This document shows, one piece after another, positions 26,843 through 39,531 of a stretch of DNA of 64,000 nt. The stretch covers positions 68,386,001-68,450,000 of the forward strand of contig OX597815.1 of NCBI GenBank assembly GCA_951406725.2, given 5' to 3'. The translations under genes and the position numbers were made by a program. Every line of letters starts with the position of its first letter. The first letter of the stretch is position 1. The stretch comes from Octopus vulgaris. Taxonomy: Eukaryota. The notes beneath the pieces are model-generated. The model was given only the letters and a program-made list of their open reading frames with translations, was not told the origin of the DNA and did no database searches.

Positions 26843-29800
26843 TCATCATCATCATCGTTTAACATCCGCTTTCCATACTAGCATGGGTTGGACAGTTCAA
26901 CTGGGGTCTGGGAAGCCCGAAGGCTGCACCAGGCCAGTCAGATCTGGCAGTGTTTCTACGGCTGGATGCCCTTCCTAACACCAACCACTCCGTGAGTGTA
27001 GTGGGTGCTTTTTATGTGCCACCAACACAGGTGCCAGACGAGGCTAGCGAACGGCCACGATTGGATGGTGTTTGTTACGTGCCACCAGCATGGAGGCCAG
27101 TCGATGCGGTACTGGCTACGGCCACGTTAAGATGGTTTTCTTATGTGCCACCACAAAACTACAAATTCCATTGACGTTCATTGATTTTGATTTGATTTTT
27201 GATTTTCACTTGCCTCAACAGGTCTTCACAAGTAGAGTTATGTATCCCAAGAAGGAAGGTATGCACAGGTGGACTGACTACGTCCCAGGTAGGGGCCATG
27301 GGTTATGGCCTCACTTGTCCTGCCGGGTCTTCTCGCGCATAGCATACTTCCAAAGGTCTCGGTCTCTGGTCATTTCCTCGGTGAGACCTAAAGAGCGAAG
27401 GTCATTCTTCACCACCTCGTCCCAGGTTTTCCTGGGATACCTCTTCCACAGGTTCCCTCAACCGCTAGGGTGTGGCACTTTTTCACACAACTATCTTCAT
27501 CAATTCTTACTACGTGTCCATACCAGTGTAGACGCCTCTCTTGCACACCACGTCTGATGCTTCTTAGGTCCAACTTTTCTCTCAAGGCACTTACACTCTG
27601 TCGGGTATGAACACTGACATTACACATCCAACGGAGCATACTGGCTTCATTTCTTGCGAGCTTACACATATCCTCAGCAGTCACGGCCCATGTTTCACTG
27701 CCATGTAGCATGGCTGTTCGCACACATGCTTCGTACAGTCTGCCTTTTACTCTGAGCGAGAGGCCTTTTGTCACCAGCAGAGGTAAAAGCTCTCTGAACT
27801 TTGCCCAGGCTATTCTTACTCTAGCAGTTACACTTTCGGCACACCCACCCCAGCTACTGACTTGGTCACCTAGGTAACGGAAACTATCAACTATTTCAAG
27901 TTTTTCTCCCTGGAATGTGGCGGAAGATGGTCTCTGCGCATTTTCAGTGTTTATTGCACCAGAGCATCTGCCACATACAAAAACTATCTTCCTAGTTAGC
28001 CTTCCTTTGACATTGCTGCACCTCTTATGTGTCCATAGCTTACACTTGGTGCATCTTATAGAGTTTCTACCTATACCTTTTCTACAGATCGGGCAGGGCC
28101 ATCTACCTGAAGGCGTTTGAGTTTTGTCTACCTTCCTACTTATGAGGACTTTGGTTTTAGCTAGATTGACTCTAAGGCCCTTCGATTCTAATCCTTGTTT
28201 CCACGCCTGAAACTTCTCGAGTTCTGATAGTAATTCAGCAATTAGAGCAAGGTCGTCAGCATAGAGGAGCTCCCAGGGGCATCCTGTCTTGAATTCCTCC
28301 GTTATTGCCTGGGGGACTATGATAAATAGGAGGGGGCTGAGGACTGAGCCTTGGTGGATCCCAAACTCCACCCGGAATTCTTCACTGTACTTGTTGCCAA
28401 CCCTCACCTTACTAACAGCGTCCCTGTACATGGCACGCACAGCTCTCACTAACCATTCATCTATCCCTAGTTTCCTCATTGACCACCAGATAAGGGAACA
28501 GGGGACCCTGTCAAAGGCTTTCTCCAAGTCAACGAAAGCCAGATACAGAGGTTTATCTTTGGCTAGGTATTTCTCCTGCAGCTGTCTCACCAGAAATATG
28601 GCATCAGTGGTGCTTTTCCCTGGCACAAAACCAAACTGCATCTCATCTAGGTTGACTCTCTCTCTAATCAGTTGGGCTCTGACCCTTTCCGTAACCTTCA
28701 TTACCTGATCCAACAGCTTGATACCTCTGTAATTACTTGTATCTAGGGCATCAATTTTACCTTTGTAGCAGTTGACTATTATGCTACTACACCAGTCATT
28801 GGGTATGACTCCTTCGTGTAACACCTGGTTAACTATACGGGTGACTAGGCTATAGCCGACACTGCCAGATATTTTGAGCATCTCGGCAGTAATTCCTGAT
28901 GGGCCTGGGGCTTTCCCTGTCTTCATGCTTCCAATTGCCTTAACTACCATGGAACTGTCAACTCAGATCGCTGGTCCCTCTATTGGGTCGACATTCGGCA
29001 GACTCTCTTTATCCCATTCATTCTCTTTGTTGAACAACCTTTCATAGTGGCATCTCCAAACCTCTCTCTTTGCATCCTCATTTAGCGCAAGTGAACCATC
29101 ATCCATGCGAACAGATTTCTCTCCTACCACATCACGATTCTCTCTCACACACTGTCTTGCAACACGAAACACCTCAAGTCTTTGGCCCTCACGGCACAGA
29201 ACATTTGCAAATTTTTTCTTATCTGCTTCCCCTCTAGCTAAATATACCTGTCTCCTAGCTTCTCTTTTCGCAGTCTGATACAATTCCCTACTACTGCCTT
29301 TCCTCCAGTCCTTCCAAGCCTGTCTCTTGTCTCTAATAGCCCTGTCTACAACATTGTTCCACCACCACGTTACCCTGGGACGAGATGGGACTTTGCTCCA
29401 TCCACAGATCTGGTCAGTGGCTCTCAGCAGATTGTCCCGTAGAAACCTCCAGTTGGCTTCCACATTATGTGATGCTATATCCCCTTCTATTTCGTCGAAA
29501 GCTTCGAGTAGAACTTCTCTAAATCTCCGTCCATTTACAGGATCTTTAAGTTTCCAGACTCTTCTCCTCCGAGCTGGTCTTCTTCTGAGCAGCCATTTGG
29601 CCCTGATCCTGAAGTCGCTAACTACTAATCTATGTTGAGGAGTACATTCCTTGCCTGGGAAGGTTTTGGCATTTATAAGCAGCCCTCTTTCCCTCTTTCT
29701 GGCGAGGATGTAGTCGATCTGGCTAGTGTGTCTGCCAGAATGGTAGGTGACTAGGTGGGTTTCCTGAAGTTGGTATTGCAAATCATAAGATCATTTGCAT

Positions 29801-29957
29801 TGCAGAACTCCAGCAGCCTGGTTCCCTCCTCATTGCGAGAACCAAAACCGTAGCCCCCGTGTATGCCATGGAAGCCCCCGACATGCCGTCCAACATGTCC
29901 ATTGAAGTCACCTGCCACGAAGAGAAGGTCACTGTCATTTGTCAACGAGGTAGTCTG
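26843..29957 (-). mobile_element. RTE-clade LINE, 5'-truncated, young, antisense to the host gene (APE endonuclease, RT with PHD-like insert, 3'UTR, (GAT)n tail)
   Basis: ORFs 29751..30038 (VAGDFNGHVG), 28963..29781 (SQIDYIL, PQHRLVV) and 27409..28950 (KAPGPSG, YRGIKLL, FVDLEKAFDRV, QGSVLSPLLF, LLYADDL, FRYLG, LHGSETW). The natural C-terminus is in another frame ending at TGA 27311-27313. Tail tcatcatcatcatcgtttaac at 26843. Confidence 0.97.
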
Positions 29958-29977
29958 TATATATATATATATATATG

Positions 29978-30022
<45 letters not shown>

Positions 30023-30116
30023 ATTTCGGAATGGTCATTTTGCCAGTTTAGCCAATATATATATATGTACACATTCGTAATATACATGAATGTGTATGTA
30101 TGTATGTGTGTGTGTG

Positions 30117-30160
<44 letters not shown>

Positions 30161-30168
30161 ATATATAT
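29958..30168. repeat. (TA)n/(TG)n microsatellite complex at the 5' junction of the RTE LINE
   Basis: Long TA runs at 29958-30016 and about 30117-30168. Confidence 0.95.
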
Positions 30169-30699
30169 TAATCAATGAAATTTCAACTTAGTTTGATTTT
30201 CATGTTTTATTATTTGCAATTTTTACAATTTTACAGTATTGAAATAACCTAGTACTTTCATGCATTATGCAACCATCAGGTTTATGTAGTGACAGTTGTG
30301 TTCCACAATTGACAACTGTAGCAAAATGGTCGGATTTATCCTTTAAATACCCTGATGGGCTCCACCAGGCTGAATCCTACAAACTGTATTTTGACCAATC
30401 AGCATGTGGCTTAGATGTCACAGATTGGTGGGTATCGTCAAGTATTCTATACTTTGACCACACCTAAAGGAATAATTGTTAGGCTATATTTTGGAATGTT
30501 GTAAACATCACTCTTATTTTCAATGAATTCTCTTGTTACTCTAGAAATTTGCACATTTTAATTGGACCAATGTTCAGTCAACATTACTACCATCCCCCAC
30601 TATTGTTGTTGTTAGTGGTGGCGGTGTTAGCTGTTGTGCTTAATATTATTATTATTATTATCACCATTACTATAACTATCCATTTATAATGGATTTGAC

Positions 30700-31268
30700 T
30701 GAGTGTAAATGTCTTGAGAGAAAAGTGGGGTATATGAGGCATAAGATGTGCAAGAGAGACAACTGCGTTGGTATGGTCATGTGATGTGTATGGCTGTGTA
30801 CAGCTCTGTGAAGAAGTGCCAATCTCTACCAGTGGAAGAAGGAGACCCAGGAAGATATACAATGAAGTGGTGAAGCATGGTCTTCGAATGCTGGGCCTCA
30901 TGGAGGCAATGACTAGTGACCAAGACATTTGGCAATATGCCATGCTTGCGAAGACCCATCAAGCCAAGAAGTGCTGGGCCTCACGGAGGTAATGACAAAG
31001 ACTTTTGGCAAAGGAAGATCCATCAAGCCAAATGAAATCGTAGTCATGGTAGATACTGGTGTCATGCAACTGGCACTTGTGCTGGTGGCATGTACAAGCA
31101 CCCATTACACTCTCGGAGTGGTTGGCATTAGGAAGGGCATCCAACCATAGAAACCATGCCAAATCAAACTGGAACCTGGTGCAGTGCCTCAGCTTACCAG
31201 CCCTGGTCAAACTGTCCAACCCATGCCAGCATGGACAATGGACGTTAAATGATGATGATGATGATGAC
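30700..31268 (+). mobile_element. RTE LINE 3' fragment with (GAT)n tail
   Basis: LRWYGHV and RRRPRKIYNEVVKHGL-like coding remnants, 3'UTR, and tail ggacgttaaatgatgatgatgatgatgac. Confidence 0.88.
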
Positions 31269-31274
31269 GGGGTA

Positions 31275-31560
31275 ATGATCACGCTCAAATGGTGTGCTTA
31301 ACATGCCACCAGCACGAAGGCCAGTTTGTTGCTCAGGCAATGATCTCGCTCGTATGGTACTCTTAGCGCTCCACTAGCAATGGATGCCAGTCACCGAGTT
31401 TGATTTCGACTTCGATTTCACTTGCCTCAACTGGTCTTCACAAGCAGAGTTTAGTGTCCAATGAAGAAAAGGCACGCATAAGTGAACTGGTTACACCCCT
31501 AGCATAGGCCACAAGGTTATGGTCACACTTGCACTTGCTGAGTCTTCTGGAGCACAGCAT
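31275..31560 (-). mobile_element. RTE LINE 3'UTR fragment
   Basis: Aligns by eye to 27060-27345 (gatttcacttgcctcaac, cacaag...gagtt, ggttatgg). Confidence 0.8.
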
Positions 31561-31571
31561 ATATGTGCATA

Positions 31572-31812
31572 TTAGGTCATCCCATAAATAATGCAGTTTT
31601 TTCATACTTTTTTTATTTTTCAATATTAAGATAAACAAAGTTCTTTTTTAATCTAAAATATACTCTCCTTCATTTTCTACACAGCTCTTTCATCTATCTG
31701 GTAGATTTGTAAGACTCCTCTTCTAAAATTCACTTGTCTGTGATGAAAAATACTTCTCCAATACTGTTCTGAACTCGTCTACAGAATTCATATTTTTTCC
31801 ATCCAAATGATT
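31572..31812 (-). mobile_element. 3' end fragment of the same mariner family
   Basis: TA followed by ttaggtcatcccataaataatgcag TIR; reverse complement matches about 49984-50226. Confidence 0.9.
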
Positions 31813-32034
31813 GATAGATAAATGACCTGTGGTTGCTGGAATTCTATGCACTACTGCACAATTTTTTACAGTACAAAGATCTGCTCAGTGTGTCATCTTT
31901 CTGCCTTGAATCCTGCTTGCTCTTCCCCAAAAAACAAAGGGAAAGAAAGTAGATGTAAAAATGTTGTTGATGTAAGACATGGACTTAAGATACAAGGTGA
32001 TTTGTGAGTGAAAGTTTGATGGTTGATTAATCCT

Positions 32035-33210
32035 CATCATCATTGTTTAATGTTTGCCTTTCATGCTAGCATGGGTGAAACGGTTTCACAAGAGCCGGCC
32101 AGGCAGAAGCCTGCATCAGAATTCTATGACTGTTTTGGTAGGATTTTTACAGCTAGATGCCCTTCCTTACACCAACTACTCAGCAGAGTGGACCTAGTGC
32201 ATTTTACATAGCACTAGCACAGGCATGGTCAGTTTTAGCTAGGTTTTTACAGCTGGATGCCCTTCCGAACACCAACCACTTTATTATATGGACTGGGTGC
32301 TTTTAAGTGGCACCTACACTAACAGGGTCACCGAGTACTTGCAAGACAAAAAAAAAAGCTTTCAAGAGGGGAGGAAGCATTGGAGGAGACGATTTTGTGT
32401 CGGATGATGAAAGTTTATTGTGAGACGGAGAGACAGAAACAAGTTTCTTGCTGTAGGGGAAGTACAAGTTTACCCGGCCAGAGAGAGCAGGAATGAAGAC
32501 AGAAACAGGTGCGCTACCACAAATGAAATACATGGTTACCCAACCTGAGGGAAACGCAGGAGAAGGAGTAAGAGTGGGAAACAACAGGATAGAGATGGTG
32601 GCAAAATGCCAGACATACTCACAAGGGTCAGGAATCAGAATATAAATGGGATGGTTGAGTAAAGGAAGAGAGAGATATAGATGGTGGCAAGTGCCAGAGC
32701 ATACTCTTGAGGTTCGAACACCATAATATAAGTGGCAGGATATTGCAAAGGAAATGTGATTAAAGAGTGCAGAGGGGAGAGAGTGAGTACTGAAAACCTG
32801 GGTATGTATAGTCAGGGGAGCTACCAAATAGCAATGATACAGAGGAACAGGGGAGTGAGAGCAAAGCATAGTGTATGAAGGAGGAAATGTGAGGAAGAGA
32901 AGAGATGTGATGTAGATTGGTTTGTTAGAGTAGGGTGAGTGAAAAGATTTCTTGTTACATGTGGGTGGAACACCGGTCAGGGACTAGCAGTTAGCGATAA
33001 TACAGTGAGACAGGGCATGTAGGTGGAACACACAGGTCGAGGACTAGTGGAGAGCAATGATACAGTGGCACAGGGCCAAGAGGACAAGATTGGGGAGTGA
33101 GAGGTAAGCATAGTGTATGAAGCGGAAGTGTGAGGAAGAGATGTAGAGACATAATTTGGTTTGTTGTGGTAATGTGTGAGAAATTTTCTTATGAAATGTG
33201 GGTGGGACAC
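32035..33210 (-). mobile_element. RTE-type 3' tail/UTR with long purine-rich block
   Basis: catcatcattgtttaatgtttgcctttcatgctagcatggg tail; duplicated ctggatgcccttcc...ccaaccact unit; GA-rich block with internal duplication (about 32833-32975 and 33056-33210). Confidence 0.6.
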
Positions 33211-33437
33211 AGTCATTGTAAATTACAAGAATTGCTCTTTTCTGAAAGTAAACTTGAGTATCATAGACCAAGGAAATGTAAAGTAAATGTTTATTTTCAG
33301 TGATGTTTGACATTGGATTTTACTGTTAGCAGAAAAATTAGAATAGAGAGAGAGAGATGGTAATACAATTAACTAACAAACTTATAATTTTATATTGATT
33401 TTTAATAAACCAGAAAATATTTTATTTCCTATTGCAG

Positions 33438-33521
33438 ACTTTAGGAACTGAGTTGGATCATGCTAATGCTGGTCGGAAGATGGTGGAAAGTAAAGAACAG
33501 CAACTCATTGATAAAATAAAA
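33438..33521 (+). CDS. Coiled-coil gene exon 10 (84 nt): TLGTELDHANAGRKMVESKEQQLIDKIK
   Basis: tttcctattgcag| acceptor, AAA|gtaagt donor; inside ORF 33432..33620. Confidence 0.93.
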
Positions 33522-34589
33522 GTAAGTATTATGAATATTGTAGACATTATTATTATCAAAGGGTTTCAAAATGTAAATCATATTGCCTATAATTATGTGA
33601 ATAAAGTTCTGAAAGTGTAGATTTTATGTCTTTATATCTACACTCAGTTATCTTTTACTTGTTCAGTCATGGGCCAGGCTGGGGCACTGCCTTGAAGGGT
33701 TTAGTTGAACAAATTGGCTCTTTATATAGTCTGATACTTATACTATCAGAATCTTCTGCCAAACTGTTAGGTTACAGGGATGTAAACAAACCAACACCAT
33801 TTCTCAAGCAGTGAGTGGAGAACACACACACATACACATGACAGGCTTTCACACAGTGGCCATCTACCAGATTTTCACACAAGGCAATTAGTTGGCCAGG
33901 GCTATGGTTGGAAAGCAAGCTTATTAACCTGCACCAATAATTGTGAAGTAGTATTACTATTTGGTAGCACTTTGATGTTTTAACCAAAACCTTTTAGTTT
34001 GGAAACTATATAGTGGCAGCAGGATTTCAGTTCATCTAAGTTAATTTCACTGCATTTTAGAAATTCTTGTACATAAATTTCAGAAATTCTGCCCTCTCTA
34101 AACTCCTTTTGCTACCCTCAGTAATAAAAGATTTTTTTTTCTATCTCAATACAAACTTGATTTGGGGATGCACGCATATTTAAATGCTATAGATGACATA
34201 TTATTATACTATAACTTTCATTTGCAAGTGAATAGGACTTGGTAGCTAACAGCATGCTTTTACTAATTGTTTTTGATAGCTATGTATTTGTGAGCAGTCA
34301 TAAATGCCTTCTTGGACTTCTTACACCCTAATCACTAGGCCACATGATTAATTAACCTCAGTGTATTTATTGGTATTTATTTTGTTAATCATGAAAAGAA
34401 ATGATAATCATTGTTGAAGCTGATACCATGATTTGAACTCAGAACACTAAGATATAAAGGTATTGAATCCTCTGTTGAACAGTCCCAAATGTGTTTGCCT
34501 CTCATTATAGTTATTCCAAAGGATGTTTTTATATAATGTCGTTTTTGTTTCACAGTAGCTACTTTATTCAGTACTTGATTTCTAATGCT

Positions 34590-34710
34590 CACCTCTACCA
34601 TTACTACCTCCTCCATCACCACTGTTACCAACACACTATCATCATTATCAACAATGCTACCACCCTATCATCATCACTACTACCACCACTATCATTATCA
34701 TCATCATCTT
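34590..34710. repeat. Degenerate (CAT/CAC)n trinucleotide repeat
   Basis: catcac/catcat/ccacca low-complexity tract. Confidence 0.8.
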
Positions 34711-36393
34711 TGCCAATGTAACCTTTCCTCCAAATTTTGCTGTTGAAGTTTGTGCTGCTATTGTTACTCTGAAATTTCATTGCATCACCAGACTTGTCTC
34801 ATAGTACCAATGTTGCTACCTTATTGTATTTTTTGTTATTTGTGTGGGAAGTTAGAATGGTTTGTTATTTGTGTATCTGTTAGAGTTCTGTACACTTCGT
34901 TCTTCCTTCATGCCTGGTAATGTTATCTTGTAGAGTCTATCCAGTTTTGTATGAATCCTGCTACCTCTATTCATAAAACCTACTGATTCTGATATAATTG
35001 AGACTGCTGTTTCTATGTATTTATATACATATCATCTGGAAAATGGTTTCTGTCTCCTTTAGAACTGTGGTGTGTGTGTTTTTTGGGTTTTTTAAAGGCT
35101 TGAGAAGCCTATCAATATATTTCCGTATCCAGGAATTGTCAATAACCTCATGGCAGAGCCACAACTATATCTTATTGATAATACTTCTCACACTTGTCAT
35201 AGTGCATGCACATATGTATACACACACGTGCTTTAAAAAAATAGTCATCCACAACATCAGGTTAGATGTACTGTGATGTTCCTATGTTCCAGGTATTTCT
35301 GTAAAGCTGCCTAAGTTATTTTGGGTTTACATATGGGATCTGACCTAGATACTCGTTCAGTAGTGCATTGTTACAGGTAACATATTCTGTTCTACTGGGA
35401 CCAGCTGTTCCTGTCATTCTGTTGGAGTTGATAGATATAGAAATTCTCTTATTCATTTACTGTTTCAGTTGTTGAACTGTGGCCATGCTGGGGCACCATT
35501 TTCAAAGGTTTAGTTAAACAAATCAACCCCTGTATTTATTTAATGTGTAGTATCTTTCTCTTGGTTTCATTTTGCCAAAATGCAAATTTTTTTGTAGGTG
35601 TTGGGTGTAAACAAATCACTGGTTGTCAAGTGATTGGGAGTGGGGAACAAGCACACACACACACATACAATGATATATAAAAAGCTTCCACAGAGTTTCT
35701 CTGTATCAAATCTGCTCATAAAGCCTTGATCAGCTTGGAACTGTAGAAAACACTTGTCCAAGGTGCCATACAGTGAGACAACTTGAAACCACATGTTTGT
35801 GAAGCAAACTTCTAAACCATGCCTTAATATTGTGTTGTGTTGACAGAATTGACTGTTGTCTCTTTCCTTTACAAGATACAGAAGTGACTTAATAAATAGG
35901 ACATTATTTTTATTTATACAACAACAACCACTATTGTTAATTGTAGGTTTGCTCTTCCCTTTTCTGTGTAAATTTAAGAAAATAAATTTGCATGCTGATC
36001 TTAGCTTACTAAATGCAAGGCTTTCTGTTCAGAGCTCAGGCACTATGCAACTGATATCATCATCATCATCATCATCATTTTAATGTCCACTTTTCCATTT
36101 TTGCATGAGTCAAATAAAATTTGTTGAGGCAGATATTCTACTGCTGAATGGCCTTCCTGTCACAGACTCTCACCTATCTCTAAGCAAAGAAGTGTCTAAC
36201 CTAATGGAAGGGATTTCATTTTGAAAGATCTATTTTTGTTTTAGATTTCTCAGCAGTGCTTCTATCTCCTGCTGATGTAAACTGGCTAAAGACAAATATG
36301 CATACATTTTGTTTCGAAACAGCTTTTTTGATTTTGAGGTTTCTTGACTCAGTTTTAGGCTTTTCTCTACTGGGGTTGAATGTAGTCTGTTAA

Positions 36394-36612
36394 CCCTTTA
36401 GTATTTAAACCGGCCATATCCGGCCAAAATAGTTAATCTGTTTTATGTTCAAACTGACCAGATCCAAGCTCTCACACCTACCCTACAATGTTATACTACA
36501 TTAAGTAATTACACCATCAAGATCTTGAAGATATGAGATAATGCATGATTAATTCAAATCAATGGGAATCAATAAGCATTATGTTTGATAGAATAATCTG
36601 AACACTAAAGGG
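36394..36612. mobile_element. TTAA-flanked piggyBac-like MITE, family 1
   Basis: TTAA|ccctttagt ... actaaaggg|TTAA; second inverted copy at 45327-45540. Confidence 0.82.
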
Positions 36613-36854
36613 TTAAACAAAATTAGTTCACTGGTTACAAAAGAATGAAATGTAAAATTAGTTCAGGTAGGAGTTGAAATTTGTTCAAATCCTCTAACTT
36701 AGAGGAAGAGGAACATGGGTGGTGGTAGCAATGGTTGTGACACTTGCTACTTCCTACTCAAATATATTTTCCTTCATTTGATGATGATGTTGGTAGTAGT
36801 GGTGCTGGTTACTGTTGTAGTGTCTGACAATTCCAAATATTTCTTCTCTTTCAG

Positions 36855-36938
36855 AATTTGGAAAATCAGTTAGAAAGTGTAGAAAGTGGCAAAAGAACAC
36901 TGGAAAACAAAGAACAGCGTTTAACTGATAAGATAAAG
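36855..36938 (+). CDS. Coiled-coil gene exon 11 (84 nt): NLENQLESVESGKRTLENKEQRLTDKIK
   Basis: ttcttctctttcag| acceptor, AAG|gtaaga donor. Confidence 0.93.
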
Positions 36939-38783
36939 GTAAGATTAAAACAATTGTTCCAAGAGGTGAACAAGAAAGAGGGTATCATGCCATGGGTTTT
37001 GTTGATAAAGCTTTGATATCTTTCATGCCAATTTTGTTGTTTTTAGTGAGGGTTTGAATTTAAATACAGGGATAATAATGTTACCAAACTATGGTCATGA
37101 GATCAATTTTACTAGTTAAGATTGTCATTTAGCTGCACTAGATGGTGTTCAAACTATATAAAAACTGTACCAACACTAACAATTAGTGAGAGTCATTATT
37201 ATATCATTGACAATAAGCAATTAGGTATGAGGCTGCATTTATAGACATGAATGACCACATAAACAAATAAGTATGTATTTATGATATTTAGCTGTTTATA
37301 TCTTGTATCTTTACAAATGTGTATTTATATCATGTTGAAGAATATATCTGTGTGTCTATAGGTAATATTGGAAGATTTATAACATGGAAGATATAGAAAA
37401 TGATCTCATTAAATTTGTTGAACGTACTTTACATTATTATAGAAATGAGAGAAAATAGAGCAGGTCAGTGAATAGAGAGATATATGCTGACATCAAACAC
37501 CAGAGTAAATCAAATTTTGTTGAACACATCTCCTTTGAGTAAAGGAGAAAGAGGTTAGAGCACATGTCATGGCACAAAGTGACAATGCTCGCTGTGAAAT
37601 TCAAGTTGAATCTGGCTCAGAGTTCAAATAATTTATTTAACCTAGAGCAAAACCTTCCAGTACCTTTGAATTGCAAGTTGGGGGGAAGCTTACATAACCT
37701 TCCTTTAAACATGCCAACTAGTGCTGATTGACCAGCAAACATTTATGTGGGTATTCCGTTCTTTCAAGGGACTGGCCAAAGCCTCACTACAAGTTATTCA
37801 TCTCTAGAGCAAGCTCAGTGAGTTTGATCTTGGTGTTGGTACTGAGCTAATTAGCACAGTGGTTAGTGTTGGATAGAATGTTTCACAGCATTTGTTCTGA
37901 CTCTGAGTTCAGATCCCACTGAGATAATTTCACCTTACAGTCTTTTGGGGTTCAATTGAAAAGTAGCAATCCAAAGTGGTAGATTGATGGAACTGTTAGA
38001 CTCATTGAAAGATTGATGCAACCAGGATATTCTGTTGATCTGAAGAGCTAGCCTTCTATATCTGCATTGATTTGTAAATGTGCAATAGCACTATGCAATG
38101 TATAACATGCATCTTAGTGCAGACATGTAAAATAATTTATTATAATCTCTGTTGAGATGCTTTAGAAGAATAACATGTTAATAACCTAACGATATGTCTT
38201 TCTTATTTTTTTTACTCCTCTGACGAGATTTTGTCTCCAAAAATGTTCTAATTACTGGAATTTAATTCATTTGGGCAATATCGAAACAGCTGTAAGGGAA
38301 CATGTTGATATTTTGCAGTTAATAAAATATATTAATGCTATTTCTCTATTTTCTGGATTTTAATTTGAATATTTATAAACAAAGTTTTATACCTAAATCT
38401 ATTACTTTAGGAATATTACTATTCACAACAAAATAATAGGTAACAAACCAGTAATTCATTGGATATTTTCTATCCCTTAAGGTAGTTATTTTAACTTCTG
38501 TTTAAACTTATACACTAAAATAAGAATTATTATTACATGATGAAGACTGCCAAATGGACATCATCCTACGGATATCAACTGGTGAAATATATTCATTTCT
38601 GATACCTTCTGACTTTTTATGTTCTATATACTCCTCATAAAATAATTTCATTGATTGGATCTACTAGATTTTGGCTACATTGACTCTACATTACAATTCT
38701 CCATTGGATTGCTATGTGGTATGTAGCTAGGTCCACTAGAGGAGCTTTTCTGTGATTACCACTAGATTCCATGAATCCATATA

Positions 38784-39178
38784 TCTTTATATATAAAAGC
38801 GAAGTTGTGTGTCTGTCTCCTATGATTTAGATTCCTAACTACTCCCACATTTTGCGGTGCAGTTTAACCAAAACCGGGTATCTTATAGTCATGATTCATA
38901 TCGAGCCCTTCTGGGTATTAGCGCGCATCTACGATGAGTTTACGATTTTAAAAAAATTTACCATCATTTTTTTCCATTTTAATGCATTTTTTCGCTATTA
39001 TATAAGGGAAGTAACTCTCTAAAAATGTCTACAATGAGTCAACGATTTAAAAAAAAATTTACCATCATTTTTTTCCATTTTTAATGCATTTTTTGCTATT
39101 TTTTGGCTATAACTCTCTAAAAATGCTTATATAGTTATTTCCCTTATAAACCCGAGCAACGCCGGGCGATACTGCTAG
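38784..39178 (+). mobile_element. Non-autonomous Helitron (395 bp)
   Basis: 5' TC start, 3' hairpin cccgagcaacgccggg (39151-39166) then CTAG end, inserted between A (38783) and T (39179) with no TSD; internal duplication of about 70 bp. Confidence 0.85.
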
Positions 39179-39447
39179 TTGCACATAAAATTTATATATA
39201 AGTCAATAACTGGTGAAACATTGAAGTCAGTCTTAACCATTTCCTTGTAAAAACAAGCATGATGTTATTCACTAAATATTTACTATATTGAGCCTTCAAT
39301 TAATGTTTGACTATTTTTATATATATTAAGTATATATTTTTTAAAAAAAACTATATTTTTTTGAGTGCATGTGTTTATGTGCATCTTGATGTATGTTAGT
39401 GTGTGTGTTTATATATATATATATATGGGTGTATTATTCTTTTACAG

Positions 39448-39531
39448 GCATATGAGCATGATCTAGAACAGGAAAAAATTGGTAGGAAACTTGCTGAGAA
39501 TAAAGAGAAGTGTTTACAAGAATCTGTTAAG
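39448..39531 (+). CDS. Coiled-coil gene exon 12 (84 nt): AYEHDLEQEKIGRKLAENKEKCLQESVK
   Basis: ttcttttacag| acceptor, AAG|gtaaat donor. Confidence 0.92.

Noticed and set aside
27072-29638. Plus-strand ORFs 27072..27557, 27917..28120, 28289..28708 and 29327..29638
   Set aside because: Antisense shadows of the RTE ORF2.
32303-32869. 188-aa minus-strand ORF
   Set aside because: It is the antisense reading of a purine-rich retroelement UTR block, which is naturally poor in stops; no recognisable motifs.
37362-37463. Possible exon or small ORF MEDIENDLIKFVERTLHYYRNERK*
   Set aside because: All frames read from the tatag| acceptor reach a stop before the CAG|gtcagt donor, and it does not fit the repeat register.
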